19,372 nucleotides of DNA from Promethearchaeota archaeon. GTDB taxonomy: Archaea > Asgardarchaeota > Lokiarchaeia > Sigyniarchaeales > SOKP01. The DNA lies in NCBI GenBank assembly GCA_048941015.1, contig JBHLNZ010000057.1:1-19372 (forward strand). Direction: 5' to 3'. The translations under genes and the position numbers were made by a program. Shown in pieces: positions 16,497 to 19,372 of the stretch. Under the pieces are notes generated by a model. The model was not told the origin of the DNA and searched no databases. It was given only the letters and a program-made list of their open reading frames with translations. Every line of letters begins with the position of its first letter. The stretch's first letter is position 1.

Positions 16497-17639
16497 ATGA
16501 GTGAGCTATTTTTTTCAGAGAGGGATTTCTCATTACAATTTGAAATAAGAGAGTTTCTCAATAAAGAATTAGGACCTTTAGGCACTAAAATTGGAAAAGA
16601 AAATAAGGTGTCTATTTCTTTAATGAAAGAGATGGGAAAAAGGGGATTAACTGGTCCTCTAATTCCAGAAAGTTATAATGGAACGAATTTTGGACTTATA
16701 ACCCATTGTATGATTACAGAAGAAATTTCAAGACATAATGTAGCCGCTTCTGTTACCCGTACCCCATGTATATTAGATGGTTATCTTCTTAATAAATATG
16801 GAAATAAAGAGCAAAAAGACATTTACTTAAAAAATATTGCTATAGGAGAGAAATTATGTAGTATTTGTGTAACTGAAGAAGAAGCTGGTTCAAATGTAGC
16901 AGGGATAAAGACTTATGCGATAAAAGAAGGAAATAATTATATTATAAATGGCTCAAAAAAATATATAACAAATGCAGGAATTGCAGATTATTATTTTATT
17001 TGGTGTATCACAAATAAAGAGATTAATCCTCGGAATGGAATGAGTGTATTTTTAGTTGAGAAAGATACTCCTGGTTTAGAAGTAGAAAATCCCTATAATC
17101 TTATGGGAATACAAGGGATTCATAATGGGATTATTCATCTTAATAATGTGAAAGTCCCGAAAGAAAACCTAATCGGATTAGAAGGAGTTGGTTTCCAAAG
17201 TTTGATGGATACATTCAATATTGAAAGGATGACTTTGAGTGCGGAATGTAATGGAATATCAATTGCAGCTCTGGAACAATCTAAAGATTATGCGAAAAAA
17301 AGAGTTCAATTTAACAAACTAATATCTAAATTTCAAATAATAAAATTAAAAATTGCTGAAATGGCAACTAAACTTCAAGCTGCTCGACTATTAACATATA
17401 GTGCAGCAAAGCTAGCAGAAATGAACAAAAATGTGACAAAAGAAGCTTCTATGGCAAAAGCATTCGCAGCGAAAACGGCAGTTGATATTGCATTAGAAGC
17501 AGTCCAAATTCATGGTGGTGAAGGTTATACTGATAACTATCCGATTGAACGATATTTAAGAGATGCTAAATTCTTTCAAATTGGGGGAGGAACCACAGAG
17601 ATACAAAATTTAGTCATTGCCAGAGAAGAATTAAAATGA
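16497..17639 (+). CDS. Acyl-CoA dehydrogenase
   Basis: VTEEEAGSN, INGSKKYITNA, VPKENLIG.EG.GF, R.QF...I..FQ, AVQIHGGEGY, IERYLRDAK and QIGGGTTEIQ. Confidence 0.95.
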   Translation: MSELFFSERDFSLQFEIREFLNKELGPLGTKIGKENKVSISLMKEMGKRGLTGPLIPESYNGTNFGLITHCMITEEISRHNVAASVTRTPCILDGYLLNKYGNKEQKDIYLKNIAIGEKLCSICVTEEEAGSNVAGIKTYAIKEGNNYIINGSKKYITNAGIADYYFIWCITNKEINPRNGMSVFLVEKDTPGLEVENPYNLMGIQGIHNGIIHLNNVKVPKENLIGLEGVGFQSLMDTFNIERMTLSAECNGISIAALEQSKDYAKKRVQFNKLISKFQIIKLKIAEMATKLQAARLLTYSAAKLAEMNKNVTKEASMAKAFAAKTAVDIALEAVQIHGGEGYTDNYPIERYLRDAKFFQIGGGTTEIQNLVIAREELK

Positions 17640-17708
17640 AAAGAAAAAAGAATTCAAATTTATACTAAAGTATATTAAAGTAATATTAAAAAATTATTTG
17701 GGATTTAT

Positions 17709-18572
17709 TTAATATTCATAAAATCCCTTCTTCGTTTTCCGCCCTAACATGTTATTGCGTACCATTTCATTTATTAATGGACTAGGTTTATATTTATCAC
17801 CAAATTCCTTACTTAAATATTGTCCGATGTGGTAATAGATATCAAGACCTACTAAGTCAGAAAGTTCCAATGGGCCCATAGGAAAGTTAAAAGCTAATTT
17901 ACAGGCTGTATCAATATCTTTAGTGCTTGCGATACCTTCTTCCTTCATCTTAATCGCTTCATTACACATTACATAGATTAATCTAGAGGTGACAAATCCA
18001 GGTGAATCATTAACAAGCACGACGGTTTTACCTAATTCTTCCGAAAATTCTTTAGCAATTTTAATAATTTTTTCAGATGTCTCTTTTCCTTTAATTAATT
18101 CGATTAGTTTCATAACAGGAGCGGGATTAAAAAAATGAATTCCAATTATTCTATCTTTGGTTTTTGATTTTGATGCTATGGAGGTTATACTCAAAGATGA
18201 TGTATTAGACGCTAAGATGACAGTTCTATCACATATAGAATCAAGTTCAGAAAACAATTTCTGTTTTAATTCCATATCTTCAAAGACAGCTTCTATTACA
18301 ATTTGCACATTTTTTGTAGCATCATTGAGATTGTTAATTAGATTTATTCTATTGAGGATTTTGAATGCTTCTTCTTTTGATAATTTTCCTTTAGCAATAA
18401 AAAATCGTTCTAAATTATTTTCAATCGAATTTTTTGAGTTATTTAAAATTTCCTCATTAATATCTACTAAATTTACATTATATCCATGAGTAGCGGCTAA
18501 TTGTGCGATTCCAGATCCCATTATTCCAGCTCCAATTACACATATGTTTTCAATATCCATTTTGAATATCAC
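17709..18572 (-). CDS. 3-hydroxyacyl-CoA (3-hydroxybutyryl-CoA-like) dehydrogenase; the start may be the ATG at 18560
   Basis: VIGAGIMGSGIA, VIEAVFE, LASNTSSLSI, GIHFFNPAPVMKLIE, PGFV..R, PMGPLEL.DLVGLD and LGRKTKKGFYEY. It overlaps the upstream stop (GTGA). Confidence 0.93.
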   Translation of the reverse strand: MIFKMDIENICVIGAGIMGSGIAQLAATHGYNVNLVDINEEILNNSKNSIENNLERFFIAKGKLSKEEAFKILNRINLINNLNDATKNVQIVIEAVFEDMELKQKLFSELDSICDRTVILASNTSSLSITSIASKSKTKDRIIGIHFFNPAPVMKLIELIKGKETSEKIIKIAKEFSEELGKTVVLVNDSPGFVTSRLIYVMCNEAIKMKEEGIASTKDIDTACKLAFNFPMGPLELSDLVGLDIYYHIGQYLSKEFGDKYKPSPLINEMVRNNMLGRKTKKGFYEY

Positions 18573-19366
18573 TTTTTCCTAAATTGATTAAAATCAGGTT
18601 TTCTTTTTTCTAAAAAGGCATTTTTACCTTCTACAGCTTCTTCTGTTCCATAATAAAGAGAAAGTCCTCCCACTCCTAATTGAGTAATTCCTGTTACCCC
18701 ATCTGTTTCGGCTAAAAATGCATATTTCAACATTTTAAGAGCATTTGGACTTTTCTCCAATAACTCTTGGCACCATTGATTCACTTCATCATCTAACTTA
18801 TCATAAGGAACTACTGCATTCACAAGTCCCATATCTAAAGCTTGTTTTGCTGTATATCGTCTACATAAGTACCAAATTTCTTTTGCTCGTTTAATACCTA
18901 CCGCACGCATTAAATCTCCTGTTCCATAACCAGGATCAAAAGAGCCTACACGAGGACCTGCTTGTCCAAGTTGAGCATGCTCAGCAGCAATGCTAAGATC
19001 ACAATTAACATGCCATACGTGACCACCCCCAATCGCATAACCATTTACTCTAGCAATTACGGGTTTCGGCAGAGTACGAATAAGAAATGTTACTCGCTGC
19101 CAACCTACTTCTAAAGGGAGCATATATTCACCTTTGTAGCCTCCTTTCTCACGTGTTGTCTGATCACCACCAGTACAAAAAGCCTTTTCTCCTGCACCAG
19201 TAAAAACCACTACACCAATTTCGGGATCCATGCATTGATTAAAAGCATCTATCAATTCATGGACTGTATGTTGAGTACATGCATTATAACGCTCAGGTCT
19301 GTTAATTGTTATACGTGCAATTCTATCTTTTTTTTCAAAAATAATCTCTTCATAATCCATTTTCAT
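18569..19366 (-). CDS. Crotonase of the MenB/BadI clade (2-ketocyclohexanecarboxyl-CoA hydrolase-like or DHNA-CoA synthase-like)
   Basis: ITINRPE.YNA, AFCTGGDQ, GYAIGGGH, GQAGPRVGSFDPGYGT, EIWYLCRRY and LYYGTEEAVEG..AFLEKRKPDF. Confidence 0.85.
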   Translation of the reverse strand: MKMDYEEIIFEKKDRIARITINRPERYNACTQHTVHELIDAFNQCMDPEIGVVVFTGAGEKAFCTGGDQTTREKGGYKGEYMLPLEVGWQRVTFLIRTLPKPVIARVNGYAIGGGHVWHVNCDLSIAAEHAQLGQAGPRVGSFDPGYGTGDLMRAVGIKRAKEIWYLCRRYTAKQALDMGLVNAVVPYDKLDDEVNQWCQELLEKSPNALKMLKYAFLAETDGVTGITQLGVGGLSLYYGTEEAVEGKNAFLEKRKPDFNQFRKK

Positions 19367-19372
19367 AAACTC

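Noticed and set aside
1-19372. tRNA, rRNA, CRISPR array or IS element
   Set aside because: Intergenic gaps are short and very AT-rich. No GC-rich structured RNA, spaced repeats or transposase motifs were seen by eye.

Overview
An AT-rich (roughly 30% GC by eye), gene-dense archaeal window. It is most consistent with an Asgard (Lokiarchaeia-like) chromosome, inferred from the archaeal-type AsnRS, a stand-alone Roadblock/LC7 gene, a DUF123 GIY-YIG gene, BRE/TATA-like promoters, oligo-T terminators and many beta-oxidation genes. In order it holds: the 3' part of asnS; gatA-gatB with no gatC; a Roadblock/LC7 protein; a divergent pair of acetyltransferases (HGSNAT-like membrane protein and GNAT); a dedicated ECF transporter (S, T, fused AA') divergent from an AbgB-like M20 amidohydrolase; an SDR; two paralogous His/Asp-rich membrane proteins flanking an odd small-ORF interval; a multi-Fe-S protein; a DUF123 GIY-YIG nuclease; an acyl-CoA dehydrogenase; a 3-hydroxyacyl-CoA dehydrogenase; and a MenB/BadI-family crotonase. 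The most notable items are three. First, an unannotated 59-aa, 11-Cys+His zinc-finger microprotein (16215..16394, -) is coupled to the GIY-YIG nuclease by an ATGA overlap. Second, asnS sits directly beside gatAB, although these routes are usually alternatives in archaea. Third, the crotonase looks BadI-like rather than MenB-like. No tRNA, rRNA, CRISPR array or transposase was recognised. All family calls come from motif recognition, not database searches.
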